DNA of 34,942 nt from Blastocystis sp. subtype 4 (Eukaryota), in NCBI RefSeq assembly GCF_000743755.1, contig NW_014569458.1:1-34942 (forward strand), in the 5' to 3' direction. The position numbers were made by a program, and so were the translations under genes. This document shows, in pieces, positions 12,220 through 24,687 of this stretch. Every line of letters starts with the position of its first letter. The first letter of the stretch is position 1. Under the pieces are notes generated by a model. It ran no database searches. It had not been told where the DNA came from and worked only from the letters and a program-made list of their open reading frames with translations.

Positions 12220-14093
12220 ATGCTGCTTATCGTAGTTGCTGCAGCTGCAGGAGCTGGTGGAGCAGTTGGAGTTATCCTGCTGATCATGCTCATTGTCTAC
12301 ATACGCAGTCGAGTAGTGATGAATAGAAGGAGTGAACTGTAGGGAGTAAAGTGGATTGACAGCATTGGTATTCACTTTCTCACTTCCAAGAAGACGGGAC
12401 ATGTGGCGATTGTCCAAAGCCTTCTGACATTTCAAAATCAAGTTACATATGAATCGTTTATCAAAAAGTGGGGATCAATGTGAGAATCAAGGTTCAATCA
12501 TAAACTAGAATCACCTGTTATCCTGTCTTTACTCATGTAGTTCGAAAGAGACGCTTGTTATGGTCCTATCTGTATTAATGAATTCAGTTGATTCCTTGTA
12601 GCGATGACAAGCACGAATTTGATATCTCAAATCATGTATTCTGTGTGGAAGAACCCATTACAATGGAGGAAATCAGTCAGTATTGTCAGCAGCAGATTCT
12701 TGTAAGGTCATTACTGCTTTCTCATGAGTAGGAACCATTGAACGAAGAGTTACCTTTGTGGCGAGTTATTATCTTCTCTAATCTCCGTAATTCCAATAAC
12801 CAGACTTCCACAGAGCGAGTATCGCCTGAAGGAGAATCCGAACAACAGTCAGGCGAAAGCCCTTTACGAGACACTTCTGTGATCTTGCTCCGGTATCATC
12901 AATGTCTAGCTGATGATTTCTCTATGCTCCAACTCCTTCTCACCGAATCTCAACATATACCTGAAGTAGGGCTTTTGGAGCCGTGTGATTTCCAGGAATC
13001 AGTCGCTGACGATGCTTCTATCATTCGAGGATCCAAAGAACCCCCATCTCCAGAAGAGGAACCGCATCTCGATCCTGAATCACTTCAGATGGAGACAGCT
13101 CCTGTACAAGACATCCAATTAAATCCTCAAGTATTCAATCAACAGCCTCCAAAGCATTGTGGATTCAGATCCACGTACATGGGGAGTTATTGGAGAATGG
13201 TTGGAACAGCCAAGGACTCTGTGAACCCACTTCGAAGCAAGAAGATAGTGGATGCACCGAAAGATCGATTCTGTGAGTATCGTATTCTTGATACTACTAT
13301 TGATGACTTGACTGTAGGAGAGAGGAAACGTCTTAACTCTAGGGTCTAAACAAGTATGATCTCACAGTGAATGATGCTATCCTTGGCTGTGTCTTTCATA
13401 GCATTTATTCATTCTTATATCCTCGTTTGCAACAAATGAATACGAAGCAACTTCATGTTAATTCACTTCTTTGTTGATAGAGTAGAGTTTGCTTTGGATC
13501 AACAGAAAGTCAAATCAATTCCTCTTCTCTCCATTATTAGATCGAGAGAAAGTCTTACTGAGCAATCGAGATGTATCTGCTTTGATTCTTCAAGTGCCTC
13601 TGACCCTGCAGAATCCATGGGATTGTGCAATGAATGTCCATCATCAACTCTGGATGAAGAGTAATAGTCAAGAAGCCCGTGTCGCTCAACGTTGGATGAA
13701 GTGGTGGGGATGGCTTCCTCGAGCTTGGGGTGATTCATCTTTTGCTAACTTCATGTCGGGTTATCATCATTGGATCACATGTAGTCGAAGAGGGAGTTTC
13801 TCTATTACTATGGTTCCAGGACCTCAGAACGTAACTTCTCTCAATGGAAATCCAATTACTTCAATCATCACAACAACTCCTCCAGTAGGTAATGAAGAGA
13901 TGCATGTATCAATTATGTGTTATAACAACAAAGTATCAATGAAAAGAATCGTTCACTGTAGATCGCACTATCGATTGCTGCAAATGATACTGTGTTGAGT
14001 TCAGAAGATATAACCTCTCTATTGTCTTTGTGTAATCAAGATATGGAAACTATTCGTTCTAGGTTATCAATTGAGTCTTATCCTGTTTATTAA
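12220..14093 (+). CDS. Wax ester synthase/diacylglycerol acyltransferase (WS/DGAT) family protein with degenerate active-site motif
   Basis: N-terminal TM helix; FDISNHV, PLNEELPLWRV, VILLRYHQCLADDFS, LTVNDAILG, ITMVPGPQ, VSIMCYNNK|IALSIAAND. Start approximate; true stop may be poly(A)-created at 14079. Confidence 0.75.
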
Positions 14094-14102
14094 CAAACAC
14101 AT

Positions 14103-16281
14103 TTAAACAGGTCTTGAAAACAGGGTACGAATTTCATTCTCCACTTCTTCTGGTTTGTGCAACAAATACCGCTTGCGATGATGGAGAGAGAATGGTAATG
14201 CGCTATACTGATTCCACATCACTTGATACTCTGCCAACATAGCTTCAGCAGCTTGAAGAATCTCTGCTTTCACTGTAGCATCTGGTACATCCACAAAGAA
14301 CTCCGAAGGTACCAACTGTTCATAAATAGAATTGAATTCAGCAAAGATCTTCTTGATATAACGCCGATGTTCTTGTTGAATAGCCTTTCCATTGAAAGGA
14401 GGATCGATTCGATCCTTCGCCAACTCTGTTAAACGTTGCCATCTACTCATTATTATTCTTACAAATTCTTACGTCTGTGAGAGATAAGTTGAGTATTCTT
14501 CATCAAATACACGCTGGAAGAACCGAGGTATAAAATCGCCTGTATCGATGCCTCCTGATTCCAATGCTTCAGAACTATGATAATACCATATGCTTATTCG
14601 TACATGTAATGAAAGTTATTAAATAAGTAGAGATGGTTCTTAAATATGTCGAACGAAGACTGTGTACTTCGTACTAAAAACTGATACAGACTTAAGAGAA
14701 CAGTAGCTACATCTTATCAAACTGTTCTTATTTACCTGTGTAACGTTGATAACATGTAAGAGAAGGATCAGCCATCACTACAGCATCAGGTGAAGTGAAA
14801 CTCCTCAATGCTAATGAATTCAGTTTATCTGAGTAATGACCAATCATACGTAAATAATTGATAATCTATGAATAATAGTCTCTCACAATAACTACTGAAG
14901 TAGTGATATTGCTGATTGTAGCTTCATCATTCATTTTCTATCTCTTATTCCCTTCTCTCAATGCTACTTCATTATTTCTTCCAATCATCTCAAGAATTAG
15001 ACGCATTAACTGACCACAATCTGACTGAACTTCTTGAATCATTTTGTTCCATTCTCCCAGAACTGGAGATTCTCCCTGATACTATCTAATCACATTCTGC
15101 TATGATTCATACCGTGAACAGACGCTGATATCGAGGTTCATCCTTTCCAATAAACTCCACAAACAGAGCACAACTAGTCACATTTCCACATAGCTCGCTG
15201 ATATAACTGGTAACATCTGTTGTCTCTGTGATAGGACGATTCAGCAATGACTGAACTTCAGCTAGCGAGTCTTTTAGTTGGGAGATAAACTAAATATCAA
15301 TCAGAGAATGCAATATTACCAAACTCAGGGACTCAGCCATAATCTTGGCAAATTGAAGATTCTCTGCTCCGAAGAGTTCGATTGTCAGAAGGAATTCAAT
15401 TTCCATATACATCAAAACATGATAGTACACATGAGCCATAATCTCCATATTTGGTTTATTTCTAGAGATTATTGAAATGACTAACAAATGTACAAGTTAT
15501 GCTTCTTTACATCCTCAATAACACCTCGAATTGTACGTTTTAAGAACATTGTCATAAAAGTACGGCAATCGTTCATAAAACCGTATTTGCCACATTTCAT
15601 GAGTGTACTACTAATATCCTTAAGGATAATCAAATTTGCAGGAGATATTCCAAAAAACTCTTCAAATAGATCCTCTTTCACTTCAGGATCGACTTCATTG
15701 GTTACACAGGGAACATATGCAATCTATTCGTGATTCTAATTTAGGAATACAAACTCTTTCACCTTTCAGCAACTGGGCTAAGACGGTTGTACACTCTTCA
15801 ACAAGTCTTTTAATGACATTGTTCTGGACTTCAATAAGTCTTGCTCGTTCTTTAAGAGAGGGATGATTTGTGATGTATTCAATAGCAGTATAGATCTCCA
15901 CAAGTGCCTCCAAATATCTAGATATAAAACCAAACATAATATTAATACTCTTTGGGATTTCTCCGAAGAGCACCTGCTTCGATTTTCTTGCTGTTTCGAG
16001 TAAGAGCAGTACAATAATCATTAATCTATTTTTGATCATATCCAATAAAAGAAATCTACAATTTCAAGCTGGTTACTGTATTCCGTCATTCCATCGAGAG
16101 CATACCGAAACTGAAGAATATCCGATTTCATGCCTTTCATGAGAACTTCCACTTGACTCAATTCATCTTCAACGCTGTTAATGTTCTTAGTCACCTCTTC
16201 TTGGATTGTCTCATTATTCTGAACGATCTTTTTCAGTTTCTCTACTTCAGAAACGAATTGATCTTCCTTGCGCTCCATCAT
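14103..16281 (-). CDS. EXO70: Exocyst subunit Exo70
   Basis: N-terminal coiled coil, LYLFNNFHY, and C-terminal VPDATVKAEIL...YQVMWNQYSALPFS...RYLLHKPEEVENEIRTLF typical of Exo70. About 11 short GT-AG introns. Confidence 0.8.
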
Positions 16282-16402
16282 CCCCTGTATTTGTTGAAAA
16301 CCGCCTGGATTTGCTAGCAGTTTGGAAAATGGAATTACTGAATTCGACTCGATTTCTGGATATGATGATTTGATTCTATCTTGTGTTCTTGGAGTAATCG
16401 TA

Positions 16403-19400
16403 ATGAACTCTGCTAAGGAACCTGCAGAACAGCAGCCAATACAGCTAATGGACACAGAAGCAGCTTCAAAAATTGAACTGTACGAAAACAAGCGTAGGTT
16501 TTTCGAGATCTAGAATAATTCTGAAGATTTAAGTTTGGAAATATTATTGAGATGGTTTAAAGATAATTGGAATCATCTTACTGATGAAACACAGCAACAC
16601 TTCCATGATTTGTTGCTCCATGCAAGTGAATCGATCAGTAATATACAATGCATGCATGACATATTCTTTACATACAAGGAAGTGGATGGTAGTGCTTTGG
16701 AGTGGGTTTTACATTAGAATTCCTTGTTGAATTGTATTCTGTGATCAAGGAAATCTTGACTGCAGGGTTTTCTATGTCACCATCCTTACCGATCATCCAA
16801 GGAGGACTCGCTTTGTATGGCCTACATGAAGATGAGAAGGGAGAAAACGCCACCATGACTTTACCTACATTCTCTCGTGATCCTAATGAAGTGTATAGGA
16901 ATGAACTCTTTTGAATTGTAGAACTCACATCCAGATATGGCTTTCAGTATTGAATCCTGATTCGTTGAGACATATTGATTTGCAAACCTCTCAACATGCC
17001 AATCTCTTTACATTCCAGAGTGGAATGCAACAATTCCAGTTTCAACTTAACTTTCCAACTGTTTCCACTAAGGACTATGCTATCACTGTTCTTACAATGA
17101 ATGATTCAAGGTGTTTCGATCAATTGATATTTTATTCATAGCTCTCCTCAGATCACCAAGATTCCTATTCACTTCCCTCTTCAAGATAACTCCATGTTGA
17201 TGTCCTCGTGTCTTCTTACTATAACACTAAACTCACCTTCCACTGTTCTAGTCTATCTCAACTCTACACTCCAAGCTGAGGTTAATTTGCCTTTTGAGAT
17301 TCCATTTGGTGATAGTAAACTCTCTCTTGGTGATGGTATGGAGAAAGAATCAAAGGATTCTCTCTCATTGAAAGATCTCATTGAGAAAGTTGAAGAAGGT
17401 CGTTTTCTAACTCTACTTTCATCTCTTGTTGTTTTGAAAGGTACCTTATCACCTGAATACCTCAATCTTTTGTTTGTTTATTCGTTTTCTGTTATCAGTA
17501 GAAATCTATTAGGACCTGTCTATTATCAAACAGGAAGTCTTCCACCATCCTTCAACGGAATGAACTCTCTTATTCCTCCAGAGACATCTTTGTTTGAATG
17601 GAATGCTAAGAAGTGTTCTGTTCATTATCGCATTGATTTTACTCCTAAAGTACTTCTCTAAAACACATATGAGAAATAGGATCATTATTGGTATTGCTAT
17701 GTGAATGAACAGCGTAGTATGGATCTGGCTAATCAGATCCTTCGATCTGAAGATTGTGGTCAGTCTATACAATGTATTCGTTACTCAGATGAAGGCTTTT
17801 TGGTCTATCAGGGGCCTCCATATCCTCTATTCTCGTATAGTCGTAATGATTTTCTCATTTTCAGCACTTTCATCCATCTCCAAATGCGTTTTCTGAGAGA
17901 TTTGATATGTCTCCTCCAACAGTGTTTTTCTAATCAGTGTTCCTCAGTTAGTAATCAGCTCCTGACTCTTATTATTGATTGTATTTCTCTGATGCTCCGT
18001 TTGGATACTACTGCTCTCATATCACTCTATCAGAATGATTTCATTTCTGTTCTCTCAGGTTGTCTGCAGTATTTCCCTTCTGGATTAAGTCTTACTTCTA
18101 TTATTGATCATCTTCTCGGGCTTGTAAGTGTTGTGAGTTTCTTTCTCTTGTAGCTTCATACACTTCTTCAAGTGGATCACAGTACAAATCAAATCATTAT
18201 ACGTAAACTTTTATCAAACGTTCTGTTACAGCCAAGTCTATTTCATAAGGCTTCCTATGAACAGTGTGTGTATCTTCATGATCAACTTCTTCACCAAATC
18301 AATTCAATTGATTTGGTTTGTTCAAGTGTTTCTCTTCAAGTAATTTTTGTGCGTCTCATTCACTTTAGCAATATCTTGACTGTGTCATTCAGGGCTCTAT
18401 CTCTCATCTCTCTTCTGTAGAATCGATTCTTGAACATTACTTACTTACGGCTGGTTTCTCTCCTCAACTTCAATCCACTTTCTATGAATCCTTCACGGTT
18501 TCTGTCTTCTCTTCCAATCCACTCCTTCTCTCCTCGTCTTCTCTTCGTATTTTCTTTCATTCGTAGGACATTCCAACGTGTTTGTCTCAAAGTATTCTCC
18601 TCAGGTATTCCCAAGAAGAAGTTGAGTCATGAGTGTACTGACAATCGAATCGGGAGTTTCATTCACCATCTTCTCAAGCATATTCAAAATCAAGAATCTC
18701 TCTCTAAACAAGTGGAGACTGGATATTCCAATCTTCAAGAAGGAGACAATCCAGTAAGCTCTGTTCTTTCATATGAGCCCTAGTATACTCTAGCTATTGA
18801 GGGCATCTATTTTGCAAGTTATGTTCTCTTCTCGATTCTCTCTGTACATCGCAAGACATCACTGCCTGAGGTTGAGTATCGCTATTATTCCTATGACTTT
18901 TGGTATTCCTGTTTGAGTCGTCTTGATGATATGAATTACGAATCACTCTCTCCTTCTTCTCGAAATACGTTTATACAGCTGGCTAGTTTGTATGAAGCAT
19001 GGTTGTGGAATGGACAAGTGGATCAGACTGGCTTGTCATTTGATAAGATTCTTCATCCCAAATGTCTTCCTCACTATCTGTTGTGTTTGCGATATACGTA
19101 TGAACAGAGATTGTGAATTGATACTAGATTTGACATTCCACAAATCCACCAGTTTTTAGTAAGTTTGAAGGAAGTGATAACAGAAGATACGACTGTATTG
19201 TGGGATGATTCTTCGGATTCAGAAGAAGAGATTCCTGAGAATACTACTCATCTTCTACTATCATTCCAGTCATCTGTGAAAGAACTTGTCTTGTTGTATC
19301 GGCGTTCTCAAAACGAACTAGTGCTTGTGAGATTGATTGAAGAGATTCTTAGTGAACTTCTCTTCCAAGATATCGAGTTTTCTAGCTTTTCTAATAATCT

Positions 19401-22400
19401 GTCATATTTTGTATCATTTGTGGTATTGAATGAAACGGAAACAGAAGGATCTCATCTTCTTGGAGTTGTGCTAATGGGTATCCTTCAACGTATTTTTTCT
19501 CATCAATTCAAGCCGTCCCCTACCAAGTTTACAAATCTACGAATGATACTTGATGCTGTAGAGGAAGTGGGTGTTGTGGATCAGAAGCAATTCAGTCAGT
19601 ATCATCAATATCTCCTTGGAATGTTCCAACGTGAGGCCCTTCCTTATCCTGAGCTTCATAGCAGCAATGATGGAGTATTATTAAATGAACAGAATACTTC
19701 TGAACAAATGAAATCTCTTCGAGATAGTGTGGTTTCCATGTTGGGTTGTTCTGAGAATATTACTGAAGCCACAGCTCTATCAATGTATGATGATCACAAG
19801 ACAGTTCTATTTACAGAGAATCTGATAGAGAATGTGAACGTGATGAGTTCAGTGATACCTCTGATTCAACATCTGATTCAACAGAATCACTCCTCTCATT
19901 ATGATTCCCAATTCTGTGACTATGGAATGGTCATTCTTCTTCGCAAGCTATATTACGAAATCAGTCAGTACAAGAATCATCTTCATGATAATCAAGAATC
20001 ACTATCCATACTTCTCTCTACAATTCATTCTATTCTGACTACTACCATTGACTCAAGTTCTCAGTACTCTTACTTGGCTTATTCGTATTTGATTGGACTT
20101 CGTGAATGTTTCTCGTTACTTGAAGATACGAGTGATGTGTCAGACATAGTCGACCTATTGAAGAGAGAGCTTTTATTCGTTCTCAATTCAATCACACAGC
20201 AAGGAACTATTCCTCAGTATATCTCATTCTCTTCTGTTTGATTCTTTGTTCCATATGAGATGTAGAGTGTGAGTATTCAGTCAATAGAAGTTACAACGAT
20301 TCTCAATCAAATCAAGGAACCTGTGATATGTCAAGTATTCGAATTGATTCAATCCATTCTGAAGGAACGATCTGTTCTTCTTTTTGGTCAGTTCCATCTC
20401 TATAAGGCTAGCTATCAGCATTTAACAATTAATACAAATCATGATGAATTTGGGAATTCCAAAAAATATCAAGATATGGTGGATAAGTTGGAAGACTATA
20501 ATGAAGAAGTGCTGACTCGCCACAAAGAACGATGGATCCATCAAGAAGAACAAACATCATCCTTCTTCAACTCTCGTTTGAGTCTGTGGAGTGGTTTAGC
20601 AGATCAGTACCTGGAACAGGAACTTCATACATGTGAACACTATTTGACTAACTGCACCTATACGGTGATGGATCCTCATATCTCGGGAGATGGTGTTCGT
20701 CATAAGACAATGCGTGTATTACCTCCTACTGAAGTCTATCGAGCTGCTTCTGAAGTTTCTTGCAAATCTCGGGTTGCAGATGTAGAGTCATCACCTGAAT
20801 CTGAGAGTGTAACTCCAGGAATTGATGAGAAGGAAGAATCCACTTCAGGCCTATTGTCAGCACTTCGTCGACTGACCAAAGGAACCAAGTATCTATCAGA
20901 GGGATTGATGAATGATAGAGATAGTGGAAAGAAGGATGGTTTGAAGAGTATTAATCATCAGGCTCTTCGTGTATCGACATATGATTTGTCATGGAACAAG
21001 GTGAGTTTTCAAGGTCATTATCTGATACTTCATCGATTAACTACTACTCCTCCTGATGGTATGAATTTGTATTGATTATGAACTAGATACTCGTGTGATT
21101 CCTACTCATGTACCTGTTATTCCTCATCCTTCTGTTACTATCATTGATCTCCATCAAGGCATGGAGTTATATAAGCGTGCTTATCATTGTCAACAGAGTG
21201 CATTGGAGTTATTCTATCGTTTCAATGGATTCACAGATTCATTATTCTTATTCTTCAGGAGTCAGGTTGGACTCATTTTGTGTTGTTATCAATAGAGAGA
21301 TCGGGATGCTATATATTCTCAAATTGCTTCCAATCTCTCTCATCCTACTGTGATTCAGAAACTCAATGAATCATCTGAAGATGTGATGAAACGTCTGAAT
21401 ATTACGAAGCAATGGTGTGAAGGAGATCTCTCTAACTTTGAGTATCTGATGCAAATAAACCGTATCTCGGGAAGATCTCTTCAGGATATCACCCAGTATC
21501 CAATATTCCCGTGGGTACTTCTTGCTTATCCGCTTGAAGATATGGATACTAAGTAGGGAATGAAGAGAATGATTATTCTAAGTGATACACGTCTGTTACG
21601 AGATCTTACATTACCAATGGGAGCCCAGAATCCGCAACGTCTTGCTCATTACATTAATCACTATGAAATGATGTATGAAACCAAATCCTCTTCAGATGCC
21701 TTGTCTGAACCTTATTTCTATGGCTCCCATTACAGTACTCCATTAGGTGTGGTTCTTTATTTCCTTCTTCGTAAAGAACCTTTTACTCAGCTTCATGTCT
21801 GTCTTCAGGATGGTCATTTCGATCATCCAGATCGACTCTTTCATAGTGTACTGATTGCTGTGAAGAGTTGTTTGGAGTCCTTACCTGAAGTGAAGGAGGT
21901 ATTACCTGAATGGTACTATGACGAATCTTTCTTACGGAATACGAATCATCAGTCCTTTGGAATCAAACAAGATATGAAGGAAGTATCAGATGTCACATTA
22001 CCAAGCATGGGATCATCATCTCTTACCCCTTCCCAGTTCATATCATTGAATAAACAGGCATTAGAGAATGCTTATACAACATCTCTTCTTCATAACTGGA
22101 TTGATCTTGTATTTGGATATAAACAGACTGGAATGGAAGCTGTGAAGGCTTATAATGTTTATTATCCACTCACGTATCCAGATAACATTGATCTAACAGA
22201 AATCGATGATAAACGTACACGAGATGCTGTTGTCATTCAAGCTTCTCACTTTGGCCAGTGTCCTCATCCTGTTTTCCATTCTGCTCATCTTAAGAAACGT
22301 CCAAATCTTCAAATGCGACGTAATCTCCGTGAAATGCTTCTATTGAGTAATCCATCAAGTATCTATGAACAAAACCAACCAGCCTGGATAGGAAAGTACT

Positions 22401-24186
22401 GTCGTATTCATGCTATCAGTGACTATGATGCTGAAGTTATGAAGGCTTGTTATGGGAACCTTCGTTATGTCCTTGGTTCTAGTAGCCAAGATCAATTCCC
22501 ATCATCTCATCTTGCTTCAATCTCATGGCCAGTTGAGTCTTCCTATCCTTGGTGTATAACTGTGGACTGTAATGAATACACTGAACTAAGATTAGTGAAG
22601 ATTGTATTGGATGCATCCCAAGCTCTCTCATTCAATTACAAACAGAATTGCTTCAAGTTAGAAGTCTTTACAAAAGACGAGACTTGGCGAACATGGCCTA
22701 TAACCGCAGAAATGTCGATGCGTACCAATGAAGGAATTCAAACCCTTCTTACAACAGAACCTGTGGTTACTCGATATTGGAGAATTCACATTCTGGATAT
22801 TCCTTTTATGCAAGGATTCTCCTTCACATCCACCTCCACTCGTTCTGCATACACTTGTGGTGATGTGAATCGCGATCTTGACTCGATTCCTCGTGTTACA
22901 TTGACTCAGAAACCTGGTCCCATAGTACTACGTTTGGATGTTATGGGAATACGTTATTTCCCGCGGGTACCACCTCCAGGTCAGATTCTCCTGAATTCTG
23001 AATCTTTGATCGTGACTCAAATGAGTGTTTGGTTTGATTAATGTGAATGGATCACAAATAGGGGTTCGAATATTGCTGTGCTTACGAAGTCAAACGAGTT
23101 AGTATTGATGGATTTACAACGCCCTGGTCAGTCTGGTTTGTATCCACTATCTTTGATTACTATGAATCACTACGAATTCCTGTACATGCATCCATCTGTA
23201 TGAGTCCTCCTAAGTTCTGATTCGTAGTTTCCAATTCTGTTCGTTCGTGATCACACTCCAGGAAGCCTTCTTCTGTTGGTGGTGACGAATACTACTCAGT
23301 CTCCTGATTCCTCGATCATTCGATCGTATTTGCGTGTGCGTCTCTTCACCTTTTCGGAGGTTGTAGCTGTGAGTTCAGATGATACTCTTCTTGTGGTTCA
23401 AAGCAGGTAGATACAAGAAATGAAAATGATTCATAGTAATGGAATTCTTCATACATACTACTTGGAGTATTACCCAGAAGACACTTCGATTCGACTGATT
23501 CTTCACCTATGTCCCAGCTCATCTTCAATTCTTCCTTCTCCTGTCTGTTATTCTTGTATTCATGTGATGAAAGATATGGATTGTGTCTTGATGTGCCAAA
23601 CTACGGAAGAAGAGAGGAAGAATCGACTTCTGATTCTCTCTTCTACTCTTCAATTGAGAGGAACTATCCCAATCTCACACATTGTCGACTGTTTCATCAC
23701 TCGTTATGGTATATTCGTTCTTCAGAACATGGAGACAACAAGTCGACTGGTGAAGTATGATTTCTGTGGTGTGGAGATCAGTACATGTGAAATCCAACAC
23801 ACTTGGTAAGATAAAGAAGGAAGGATTATTTGTAGTGTATGTGGTGCTGTGAATCAAGCAAAAGATGTTCTCGTGTTAGGTAGGGAAACTCAATAATTGA
23901 AACGATAGGTGATTGTGAGGGTATCTATTGGCTGGTGGATACGATTTGCAATGAAGTGAGGACTTGTATTCCTACTGGGAAGATAGCTCGACAAATTGTA
24001 TTTGACCAAACTGATACCGCAGTATATAGTTTGACATCAGAGAATGTGATTATGGTTCATCAGTTGAATAACTGTCTGTCATTGAAAGATGTGGATTTTG
24101 AGGAATAATGTAATCTGTAGGAATCAACCGGGGTGTCTAAATCTTCTGGAAAGAAGAAATCTAAGCTGAAAAGTATCTTCCACTAG
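16403..24186 (+). CDS. Large BEACH-domain protein (helical region, PH-like, BEACH, insert, WD40-like tail)
   Basis: RAYHCQQSALELF (PH-BEACH), TKQWCEGDLSNFEYLMQINRISGRSLQDITQYPIFPWVL, RDLTLPMG, YGSHYS, DGHFDHPDRLF, VKEVLPEWYY, LHNWIDLVFGYKQ, HFGQCP. Many 28-33 nt introns; stop TAG 24184-24186. Start uncertain. Confidence 0.88.
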
Positions 24187-24216
24187 TGGATGTGTTTGTG
24201 AAAACAATGTAAATAC

Positions 24217-24643
24217 TTAATGCTGATTAATCTCCGCCTCCAATCTCTTAACCCTCTGATCGAGGTTTTCCACACTATCAGAAATATCAACACTAACATC
24301 GGCCAATGCTTGTTCCATTTGATGTGCACTCTTCCAAATCTGTTGATATACAAAGAAGTATCCAGCAATCACAGTGAATACACAACCATATAAAAATGGT
24401 CTAAATGAGCTCTTCTTCTTTTTCGGAGTTTCTTTCTCGACCTTGGGATTAGGTTCTACCGGTTTGGCAGTTTCTGTAACTTTCACAGCTTTAGGTTCTG
24501 CAAGAGCTACTGTTTTACTAGCCTGCTCACTAACAATCTTTACAACGGGAGCATCTGTAAAGAAACGTTTAGCTATCGATAATGGTCCGATTCATTCTCA
24601 TACATAGAAAAACGAGACCTGAAGCACGTCGGAGAGCATACAT
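24217..24643 (-). CDS. Small single-TM coiled-coil protein with mitochondrion-related-organelle-type presequence
   Basis: MYALRRASGLVFLS|KRFFTDAP (Arg-rich, acid-free, RFF cleavage-like), TM FLYGCVFTVIAGYFFVY and C-terminal coiled coil. One 31-nt intron. Confidence 0.7.
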
Positions 24644-24687
24644 AATGGAACTCGAGTGTTATGAAAGAAAACAACAAATGACTAAAA

